This document shows, one piece after another, positions 23,938 to 30,807 of a stretch of 33,574 nt of DNA (its first letter is position 1; the number at the start of each line of letters is the position of its first letter). This DNA comes from Thermoplasmatota archaeon. Lineage in GTDB: Archaea > Thermoplasmatota > E2 > JACPAO01 > JAHFTW01. The stretch covers positions 1 through 33,574 of the forward strand of contig JBFKTF010000002.1 in the NCBI GenBank assembly GCA_041636435.1. The letters are read 5' to 3'. Position numbers and translations under genes: made by a program. The notes beneath the pieces were generated by a model that was not told the DNA's origin, did no database searches, and saw nothing but the letters and a program-made list of their open reading frames with translations.

Positions 23938-25946
23938 TGCACCACCCGGACAGGGCCTGGAGGCAGGACCGCTTGGGCTTCTTCCGTGCTGACGTCGAAT
24001 CGGTCCACGAGCATGGCGGCCGACTCGGCGGGCTCCATGTCCCCGGGCTCCATGCGCAGGACCTCGGATGCAAAGGGCGTGATGCAATGGGGCGGCCCGC
24101 CGGCCAGCTTCTCGACGCCCCGCTCGGGCATCTCGAATCCGATGGGGACGGGCTTGCCTTGGGCATCGATGCGGATCTTGCCGATGGCCCACTGCATGGG
24201 CAGGTCGGCCATTTGGTTGCGCTTGCCGTGCACAATCCAAGCGCCCTTGGGCACGAATTCACCGCTGCGCGGCGTCTTGTTGACTTGGCTCGGGGTGACC
24301 CAGTAGGCGGACGCGGCGCCGAATTGCCGCCAGGCGCGGCTGCTGCACGCCGCAAATTGACCCGCCGCGCGCAGGTCATCTTCGCTGATCTCCACGGGGG
24401 CGCCGTCGGCGGGGCGCACGACGACGCTGGGGGCGCCGTGAATCTCGGCGTGGACGTAGCGGTCGCCGTCTCGGAGGTACTTCTTGACCACGGTGTCGTT
24501 TTGTGCGGCGCTGCGACCACCCACGGCGACGAGGCCACTGGGCAACGGCGTCCAACGGAATGTCTCGAACCAGAAGTGGCGGCTGGTGCGGTCGGCCTTC
24601 GTCGGGGCCGCTCCGAAGCCTTCCAAGCCCTTGGCTTCCAGGTCCTTGAGGCGGCGCTTGGCTTCGCCCAGGGCCTTCAAGGCGCCGTCTTGGCGGCTCT
24701 TGGCCTTCTTGGCGGCCGAGTATTGGTCGTCGGCGTTCTCCTGCACCGACTTGTAGAGGTCGATGTCGATGTCGTGGGTGGTGCTGACCACGTCGCGGAC
24801 CCGCAAACGGGCGGTGCCGTTGTGGGGACGGATTTCGAGGATGTCCTGGGCGGCTTCGTCGCCGGCCTCGCGGGCCTTTTGGATCGTGGCGGCGACCTCT
24901 TGCCAACTGCGACTCTGGCGTGCGGCCTGCAATTGGTCGATGGTGGCTTGCACGCGCTGGAAGGACGCGTACAGGGCGTCGCCGTGGGTGCGGTGCCGTT
25001 GTTCGTCTTCGAGGAACCCGTCGATGCTGCGTTGCATCTGGTCGATTTGGCGTTGAATCTTGGCGTGGGCCTCGTCGTATCGGCCCTGGCGGGGGTCCTC
25101 GTCGTCTTCTTCGCCACCGACGAAGAAGGCATCCAAGGCCTCGCGGAAGCTGCCCGCCTCTTCGATGGCGAAGCGGTCGGCCGGGTACTTCTGCATGGCA
25201 AAGGGCACGGCGTCCACGGCGTCGTCGCCTTCGTGCACGATGCCCGGGGCCAGGTCGTTGCGTGCGATTTCCTGCCCCAGCGCTTGGATGGCGTCGTGGA
25301 TGGCCCGCCACTGGTCGTCGTCCATGGCGGGCGGCTTGGTTTTCTTGTCCACGCCGCTGCGCAAGCACAGCTCTTCGGCCCAGAGGGGCCCGAAGCCGAG
25401 GCCGAGGGCCAGGAAGCGCACCAAGTCCTTGCTGGCATCTTGGCCCGCTGCGCGCAGCGCGTCCAGGTCCATGGCGAAGGGTTGGGCACCACCGGGTGGC
25501 GGCTGGTACGGCTCGCCCTTGCGCAGGCGACGCGCACCGTAGTCGCCGCCCTTCATGGGCAACGCAATGACGTCGTCCGCGTCCAGCAGGAGCATGTTGC
25601 CGTCGCCAAACAGCTCGAAGACGAGGCTGCGGGCGGCGTCGCGCTCGAAGTCGATGCGCAGCAAGCGGTCGAAGCCAATCTGCGAGACGCCCACGACGCG
25701 GGCGTTGCCGTAGTCTTGGCGCAGAATCTTGGCCACCATGCTGGGCTGGTCCGGGTTGTCGATGCGGCGCTTGGTGACGGTGAGGAACCGCCCCAGTTCG
25801 AAGAGCAGGTCCTGCCGGCCGAGCCCGCGCTGGCGCAGGCGCAGCAAGATGCGGTCCTTGGCGGGCTGATACGCCTTGTCGAGGCGCGCACCCACCAGGA
25901 GCCGGGAGAGCTCGCTGGCCAGGGCGGCGACGTCGACGTTCGTCAT
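23934..25946 (-). CDS. NFACT-family protein (RqcH/Rqc2/FbpA-like, ribosome quality control)
   Basis: ATG 25946 inside ORF 23934..27038 (670 aa): MTNVDVAALASELSRLLVGARLDKAYQP... (NFACT-N). Central coiled coil, then the NFACT-R/DUF814 block GRSAAQNDTVVKKYLRDGDRYVHAEIHGAPSVVVR. The upstream 364 codons of the track ORF are antisense to the next gene. Confidence 0.88.
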   Translation of the reverse strand: MTNVDVAALASELSRLLVGARLDKAYQPAKDRILLRLRQRGLGRQDLLFELGRFLTVTKRRIDNPDQPSMVAKILRQDYGNARVVGVSQIGFDRLLRIDFERDAARSLVFELFGDGNMLLLDADDVIALPMKGGDYGARRLRKGEPYQPPPGGAQPFAMDLDALRAAGQDASKDLVRFLALGLGFGPLWAEELCLRSGVDKKTKPPAMDDDQWRAIHDAIQALGQEIARNDLAPGIVHEGDDAVDAVPFAMQKYPADRFAIEEAGSFREALDAFFVGGEEDDEDPRQGRYDEAHAKIQRQIDQMQRSIDGFLEDEQRHRTHGDALYASFQRVQATIDQLQAARQSRSWQEVAATIQKAREAGDEAAQDILEIRPHNGTARLRVRDVVSTTHDIDIDLYKSVQENADDQYSAAKKAKSRQDGALKALGEAKRRLKDLEAKGLEGFGAAPTKADRTSRHFWFETFRWTPLPSGLVAVGGRSAAQNDTVVKKYLRDGDRYVHAEIHGAPSVVVRPADGAPVEISEDDLRAAGQFAACSSRAWRQFGAASAYWVTPSQVNKTPRSGEFVPKGAWIVHGKRNQMADLPMQWAIGKIRIDAQGKPVPIGFEMPERGVEKLAGGPPHCITPFASEVLRMEPGDMEPAESAAMLVDRFDVSTEEAQAVLPPGPVRVVQ

Positions 25947-25982
25947 TCCTTGCTTGATGGGACGCCGCGACGGTCGAAGTCC

Positions 25983-25988
25983 TTTAAA
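25983..25988. promoter_or_regulatory. Palindromic TATA box TTTAAA shared by two divergent genes
   Basis: The only AT hexamer in the 63-nt gap between the NFACT gene (ATG 25946, minus) and the membrane-protein gene (GTG 26010, plus). Its centre is about 24.5 nt from GTG 26010 and about 39.5 nt from ATG 25946. Confidence 0.4.
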
Positions 25989-26009
25989 CGACGCCTCCCT
26001 GGCCGCGGC

Positions 26010-27110
26010 GTGGCCAAGCGCAAGGGTGGGGACGAGCCGGAGGAATCCTACGACTTCATCCCGCCAGACTTCGACGAGGACGGCTTCATCCACAAGGAGA
26101 TGGTCAGCTTCCGCACCACGTCGACGCTCGTCGCCGTGGGCATCCTGAGCGCCATCGTCAGCTGGCTCGTGTTCCCCGCCGTCGGCGAAGGCCTCGGCTG
26201 GTGGGTCGGCCTCCTGATTGCGGCCGCCGGCTTCGCCGCGCTCAAGCCCTTGTACAAGGTGCTGAAATTCGACATCAGCCACTACGGCCGCCGCGAATGG
26301 ATGGGCAACGGCTTCCTGATGTTCTTCACCTGGTTGGCCTTCTTCATGATCCTGCTGAACCCGCCGTTCAGCGACCATGCCGCACCCACCGTGGACATCT
26401 ACACCAGCCCCAACGTGGTGCAGGCCGGCGACGAACTGGTCATCGACCTCTTCGTGCGCGACAACAGCGACGTCGAGGAGTTCTCCTTCCTGCTCAGCAA
26501 CGGCACGGCCCAACTGGCCGACCAAGACATGATGGAATCCCTGGGCGGTGGCCACTACCGCTACCGCGCCATCGTCGACGCGGGCGCCTACAGCATCGCC
26601 GCATCCGGCCTCGATGGCGCCGGCCACGAGACCACGGTGGACCTGTCGATTGAGGTCCTCGAGGACGTCATCGACTTCGATGCCCCACCGATTCTCAGCC
26701 GCGCCAGCCCCGCCGTCGTGACCCTGCCCGACGAACTGGATGTCTACGCGGTGTACGCCGACAAGGACGGCGCCCTGAGCACCCGCGACGACCGCGTCTG
26801 GTTCCAATTCGACGAAGCCGTCGGTGGATGGCGCGTCAACAGCAACTTCGCCGGCTGGAACGAAGGCGAGAACACCTTCACCCTCGTGGTCGAAGAGAAG
26901 AACCGGTTCCAGGGCCAGACCTTGGTGCCCGGCGGCATCCTCACGGACGGCCCGCACACTCTCGACGTGGAGAACCCCGGCGAATTCACCGGTGGCAAGC
27001 CGAAGAAGGCCAACCCCACCACGGCCCCGCCGCTGCAAGTCCCCGGCCTCGAGGCGCCCCTGGCCATCATCGGCCTGGCCGGCGTCGCCCTCGTGGCGCG
27101 CCGCAAGTAA
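26010..27110 (+). CDS. Membrane protein: acidic N-terminus, three TM helices, Ig-like ectodomains, PGF-CTERM-like C-terminal anchor
   Basis: Distal part of ORF 23937..27110. The start is uncertain: GTG 26010 preferred, with TTG 25950 or ATG 26100 possible. TM helices TLVAVGILSAIVSWLVF, WWVGLLIAAAGFAAL and GFLMFFTWLAFFMILL. C-terminus PGLEAPLAIIGLAGVALVARRK, then stop. Confidence 0.7.
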   Translation: MAKRKGGDEPEESYDFIPPDFDEDGFIHKEMVSFRTTSTLVAVGILSAIVSWLVFPAVGEGLGWWVGLLIAAAGFAALKPLYKVLKFDISHYGRREWMGNGFLMFFTWLAFFMILLNPPFSDHAAPTVDIYTSPNVVQAGDELVIDLFVRDNSDVEEFSFLLSNGTAQLADQDMMESLGGGHYRYRAIVDAGAYSIAASGLDGAGHETTVDLSIEVLEDVIDFDAPPILSRASPAVVTLPDELDVYAVYADKDGALSTRDDRVWFQFDEAVGGWRVNSNFAGWNEGENTFTLVVEEKNRFQGQTLVPGGILTDGPHTLDVENPGEFTGGKPKKANPTTAPPLQVPGLEAPLAIIGLAGVALVARRK

Positions 27111-27137
27111 CGCTTTGCAGGACCAAGTCCCACCGCC

Positions 27138-27145
27138 TGATATAG
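27138..27145 (+). promoter_or_regulatory. TATA-like box (TGATATAG) upstream of the 27170 gene
   Basis: The only AT-rich element in the 59-nt gap. Its centre is about 28 nt before ATG 27170 and about 22 nt before TTG 27164. Confidence 0.25.
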
Positions 27146-27169
27146 CGTCAGCCAGGTCATCGCTTGTCC

Positions 27170-27787
27170 ATGAGCGCCATGACCGCGACCGAGGCCGCCG
27201 AAGCCTTGGACCGCATCGACGACTACGCCGAGGGCGTCACGAAACGCACCTTGGGCCTGACCAACATGGTGTGGGGCCTCGCGGCCGCCAGCATCTTCCT
27301 GGCCTACGGGACCGCCGCGCCGTGGATTGAGGACACCCAAACGTACTGGCTCTACGCGGTGCTCTGGATTCCCAGCATCGTCGCTGGCCAATGGCTCACC
27401 ATGGCGTTGTGGCGCCATCACGCCATCCAGACCGACACCGACGCGGACGCCAAGGAAGGCTGGATCCGCATTGGGCTGTACACGGGGGCGTTCTTCGCGG
27501 TCGCCGCCATCGTCGTCTTCGGTGGCCGTGCCATGGGCATCGACTGGCAAATCGCCACCTACATGATTCTCGTCAACGGCGCCTTGGCCGGCGCCATCGC
27601 CGGCTTCGAATCACGCCACGATCGGCATTGCGGCCCACCCACCATGTGGGCGGGCGCGGGACTCATCGCCGTCGGCATCGCCGTGGGCCTCAGCGGGGCA
27701 GGCCATGCCGCCGCCAGCCTCGTGGGAGCCCTGGCCGTCGCCATCGCGTGGTTTGCTTCGGGCATCCGCATCTATTCGCTGGGGTGA
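27170..27787 (+). CDS. Polytopic membrane protein of unknown function, paired with an HTH regulator
   Basis: ORF 27164..27787 (TTG 27164 or ATG 27170), with about 5-6 TM helices. The next gene starts 1 nt after its stop. Confidence 0.7.
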   Translation: MSAMTATEAAEALDRIDDYAEGVTKRTLGLTNMVWGLAAASIFLAYGTAAPWIEDTQTYWLYAVLWIPSIVAGQWLTMALWRHHAIQTDTDADAKEGWIRIGLYTGAFFAVAAIVVFGGRAMGIDWQIATYMILVNGALAGAIAGFESRHDRHCGPPTMWAGAGLIAVGIAVGLSGAGHAAASLVGALAVAIAWFASGIRIYSLG

Positions 27788-27788
27788 C

Positions 27789-28085
27789 ATGGACCTCCCC
27801 AAGGACTTGGCCATCATCCACCAGCCGGCGCGGCTGAAGATCATGGGGTTGCTGTACAAGCAACGGGACGTCGGCTTCGCCGCGGCACGGGACGCCACCG
27901 GCCTCACGGACGGCAACCTCGCCACCCACGTCAAGCGCCTGGAAGAGGCGCGATTCGTGGACGCGCGGAGGGTGCTAACGAAGACCGGATTCGAGTTGCG
28001 ATACCGCATCACGCCCCCTGGAAATGTGGCGTTCAAGCGCTACCTTCGCTGGCTTCGCGAGTTGCTGCAAGACGCCGAGCCATAG
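27789..28085 (+). CDS. Winged-helix transcriptional regulator (HTH_34 / ArsR-like)
   Basis: ATG 27789 inside ORF 27705..28085 (98 aa). IHQPARLKIMGLLYKQRDVGFAAARDATGLTDGNLATHVKRLEEARFV...ITPPGNVAFKRYLRWLRELL matches the PaRL...L.TdGNLstHlkkLeeagyv pattern of the HTH_34 family. Confidence 0.85.
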   Translation: MDLPKDLAIIHQPARLKIMGLLYKQRDVGFAAARDATGLTDGNLATHVKRLEEARFVDARRVLTKTGFELRYRITPPGNVAFKRYLRWLRELLQDAEP

Positions 28086-28141
28086 CGCTTACATAGCGCA
28101 TCCAAGTCGGCCGCATCCCGGAGGGGCGAAGCCCCCGAACC

Positions 28142-28214
28142 GGCCCCGTAGGGTAGTTTGGTATCCTTGAGCGTTCGGGACGCTTAGACTTGAGTTCAAA
28201 TCTCAGCGGGGCCA
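28142..28214 (+). tRNA. tRNA-Pro (anticodon CGG)
   Basis: Hand-folded cloverleaf. Acceptor GGCCCCG/CGGGGCC with discriminator A. D-arm carries GG in its loop. Anticodon stem GAGCG/CGCTT with loop TTCGGGA (U33, CGG, G37). 4-nt variable loop. T-arm TTGAG/CTCAG with loop TTCAAAT. No intron and no encoded CCA. Confidence 0.92.
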
Positions 28215-28219
28215 CTTCC

Positions 28220-28237
28220 AACCCTGGCAACCCTGGC
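28220..28237 (+). repeat. Tandem 9-mer AACCCTGGC x2 just downstream of the tRNA
   Basis: Exact copies at 28220-28228 and 28229-28237. Too short to assign a function. Confidence 0.5.
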
Positions 28238-28348
28238 GCCAGTGGCATTCGGCCTCGAGCCGACGCGTTGGTTGCAAGCCGGGGGATTTTACTAGTCTCC
28301 CTGCGATGCTGCAGCGTGGTGTCGATTGGCTGGGTCACGGAGTCGGCC

Positions 28349-29143
28349 ATGGACGTCTTGCCCGGCGATGGCGAGCTGTGTTCGTGCGAGACTCTCTTGG
28401 AGGCCGGCGACGGATTGCTTCAGGCCATGGTGGATGCCGACTGCGTGCTCCATGACGTGGTGGACGGCGTGGTCGTGGAGCGCCATGCCTTGCTCGTCGT
28501 CGAGGAACCTCGGCCGGATGCTGCGACGCCGGAAGTCCCCGACGCGCCGTGCGACGCACCCCGTCCCGGATTCTGGTCGCGGATGCTGGCGGGGCTGCGC
28601 CATGCCGTTTGGTTGGTGTGGCCGGAGCGCGCACCGGCACGGGTTGCCTCGGCGACCCCCGGCACGGTGGCTGCGCCGACGGCGATGGTGGATGCGCTCT
28701 CCTTGCACGGATTCATCGAACAGGCGCAACAAGCGCTGCGCCAATCCAAGTTGACGGGCGCCGACCCGGACCGCACACGTCCAGCGGACTTGGACGACGA
28801 TCTGGGGGCCTTGGCTTTGCACGTGCATGCGTTGCGCGGCGCCGTCCGGGCCTTGGACGACGCCATCCAAGATGCGCGCATGGACGACTTCGATGACGTC
28901 CAGTTTGCCTGGACGGAGCTTCTGGATGCCTTGGACGGCCTGCAGCGGGACCCACGCCACCTGGAGACCGGCATGGTTGCGGCGAGCCTGAAGCGCGTGG
29001 GCCGCCGCGCCGCGAGGCAAGGCCTGGATGCGTTGCGTGTTCTCCCAGAGGGCGACCCGCCGCACATTGCATTCGACGTGCACCCGGTGCTGGGCGAGTA
29101 CGAAGCGCTGGCCCAGAAGCACGGCTTGCCATCGTCGCAATGA
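28349..29143 (+). CDS. Hypothetical helical protein with a possible HPt-like phosphotransfer helix
   Basis: ATG 28349 inside ORF 28190..29143; the track start overlaps the tRNA and is not credible. GGAG lies 6 nt upstream and an AT-rich ATTTTACTA at 28286-28294. The only motif seen is LALHVHALRGAVRALDDA (H-x-L-[KR]-G as in HPt domains). The N-terminal 110 aa are Pro/Ala-rich, so a later start (e.g. MVDALSLHG) is possible. Confidence 0.55.
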   Translation: MDVLPGDGELCSCETLLEAGDGLLQAMVDADCVLHDVVDGVVVERHALLVVEEPRPDAATPEVPDAPCDAPRPGFWSRMLAGLRHAVWLVWPERAPARVASATPGTVAAPTAMVDALSLHGFIEQAQQALRQSKLTGADPDRTRPADLDDDLGALALHVHALRGAVRALDDAIQDARMDDFDDVQFAWTELLDALDGLQRDPRHLETGMVAASLKRVGRRAARQGLDALRVLPEGDPPHIAFDVHPVLGEYEALAQKHGLPSSQ

Positions 29144-29180
29144 CTCAACGCTCAAGTGCAATGCCGGAGTCGATGACGTC

Positions 29181-30092
29181 GTGCACGTCCTGATTGTCGA
29201 GGACAACGAAGTCGAATCGCGCATCCAGGCCGCGCGCCTGGGCATGCGCCCGACGCCGTTCCGTCCGACGACGGTCACGACGGTGGACCATGCATTGGAC
29301 CACTTGGACCACGAGCACGTGGACGTGGTCTTGTTGGATTTGGAACTGCCCGATGCCAGTGGCGTCGAGGCGGTGCACGCCATCCGGCGCCGCCACCCAA
29401 CCATCCCGATTGTGGTCTCCACGGGCTCCCTGGACGACGGCCTGTACCGGGCGGCGCGCGATGCCGGCGCGACGGACGTCACCCGCAAGGGCAGCGACAG
29501 CGACGAGCACCTGGAACTGCGGTTGCTCTCCGCCGTCCACCGCATGGCGCGGGGCGTCGACGACGACCCCATGCAGCCGGCGGCCCGGGCCCTTGTGGCG
29601 GACATGGCGTTGCACGTCCAATCCGCTTTGGAGGCGTTGGATGACGCCCGCAGCGAAGTGGAGGGCGACCCGGAGCGTCTGCGGGTGGCTCTGGACCGGT
29701 TGGAGTCCCTGCTGGACCCCATGCGCATCCCGGAGGGGCCGGACATGTTGCTACAGCCTGTGGCGATTTGTGCGCTGCTGGAGGCCGCATCGACGCCCTT
29801 GACGGGGCTGGAGATGCCGGCGGTGGACGTGCACGTCGTGGCCCAACGGCCGAGTCTGCAGCGGGCCTTCGATGTCCTGATGCCCATCATCACCGCCGTG
29901 GGGGACACCGTGCCGGTGCGCTGGACGCCCGAAGAGGACACCATCACGGTGCTGTTGGAAGTCCGCAACGCGCGGGCGCTGGTCAAGCGCCATCCGTTGA
30001 TGTGGACGCTGTTCATCGACCTGTTGGCGCTGAGCATGGCCATTGCCAAGCCGACGCCCGAGGGCATCTTGCTGCGCTTTGCCGCCGCTTGA
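29181..30092 (+). CDS. Response-regulator receiver domain fused to a DHp-like helix and a degenerate HATPase-like region (pseudo-kinase)
   Basis: GTG 29181 inside ORF 29028..30092 gives (M)HVLIVEDNEVESRI... Acceptor Asp in VDVVLLDLELPD, then VVSTG and TRKG. Next ADMALHVQSALEAL (His-containing helix) and LQRAFDVLMPIITAVGD (N-box-like). I could find no DxGxG or GxGxG boxes. Confidence 0.8.
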   Translation: MHVLIVEDNEVESRIQAARLGMRPTPFRPTTVTTVDHALDHLDHEHVDVVLLDLELPDASGVEAVHAIRRRHPTIPIVVSTGSLDDGLYRAARDAGATDVTRKGSDSDEHLELRLLSAVHRMARGVDDDPMQPAARALVADMALHVQSALEALDDARSEVEGDPERLRVALDRLESLLDPMRIPEGPDMLLQPVAICALLEAASTPLTGLEMPAVDVHVVAQRPSLQRAFDVLMPIITAVGDTVPVRWTPEEDTITVLLEVRNARALVKRHPLMWTLFIDLLALSMAIAKPTPEGILLRFAAA

Positions 30093-30162
30093 AGGTCGGA
30101 CTCCGGCTCGCGGTGTGGCCGTGTGCGTGCTTTCACTCGCCTCAGAGTGCCCACCATGAACC

Positions 30163-30807
30163 TTGTGTCCGGTGGTTGGCCTCGTGGTCCACACGACGCG
30201 GCTCATCCAAACCTTGGAAGAACAACGGTACGCGCCACCACGATGGCTGGGCGCCACGGAGATTCAGGTGCGCGAAGGCGACGACTTGCGCTTCATCGAC
30301 TACGCGGCCTTCGACCTCACGGGGGCGCACCCCGAGTTGCACGGCATCGAAGTCAAGATTAGTCGCGGCGATTGGCTCAGCGAACTGCGCAAACCAGAGA
30401 AATCGGTGGCGGCCACCAAGGAAGTGGATCGCTACTACTTGCTGGCGGGCTCCGCCGAGGTGTACCGCGAGGACGAGGTGCCCACGCAGTGGGGCATCCT
30501 CGAGTACCGTGACGGCTGCATCCATGAGGTACGCCCGGCGGCCTTGTTGATTCCCCGCAGCGAACCCGCCACTCCTTGGAGTCGGCCCGTCGTCACGGCG
30601 ATGCTGCGTCGCGTCGTGGCCCAAGGCAACCGCCAGCGCGCCATCATCGCGGAAGTGGAGCGCAACGCCGAGCAGCGTGGATACCGGAAGGGCCTCAACG
30701 CCGCGCGGCGACAGCAGGCCGCCCACTCGCGGGGAACGCCGACGCGGGTCAAGTACGACCCCGGCCGCTACAACCTCGACGACGGCATCCCATTGGATTT
30801 GCCATGA
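30163..30807 (+). CDS. PD-(D/E)XK-fold protein, MmcB-like
   Basis: ORF of 214 aa; start TTG 30163, or GTG 30172/30184. Pattern E...FIDYAAFD...GIEVKISRGDWLSELRKPEK...VDRYYLLA...VPTQWGIL matches the D, E-x-K and downstream K-x-EK / DR-x-Y blocks of MmcB-like nucleases. The call is from memory of the family pattern. Confidence 0.6.
   Translation: MCPVVGLVVHTTRLIQTLEEQRYAPPRWLGATEIQVREGDDLRFIDYAAFDLTGAHPELHGIEVKISRGDWLSELRKPEKSVAATKEVDRYYLLAGSAEVYREDEVPTQWGILEYRDGCIHEVRPAALLIPRSEPATPWSRPVVTAMLRRVVAQGNRQRAIIAEVERNAEQRGYRKGLNAARRQQAAHSRGTPTRVKYDPGRYNLDDGIPLDLP

Noticed and set aside
23937-25949. First ~670 codons of the 1057-aa plus-strand ORF 23937..27110, and the first 364 codons of minus ORF 23934..27038.
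   Set aside because: Each is the antisense of the real gene on the other strand (NFACT protein, and membrane/ectodomain protein). Only the distal parts carry TM helices or NFACT motifs.
1-28214. A proline theme: two prolyl isomerases, an X-Pro dipeptidyl peptidase divergent from proA-proB, and tRNA-Pro.
   Set aside because: The genes are dispersed over 28 kb, sit in different operons, and have unrelated cellular locations. This is most likely coincidence; only the S15/proAB divergent pair (92-nt gap) might share regulation.
28292-30157. 621-aa minus-strand ORF spanning the HPt-like and receiver genes; likewise 30768..32729 (-) and 31670..33205 (+).
   Set aside because: Ser/Arg/Thr/Ala-rich with no motifs. 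The opposite or alternative frames encode a clear receiver domain, PD-(D/E)XK nucleases and an M14 peptidase.
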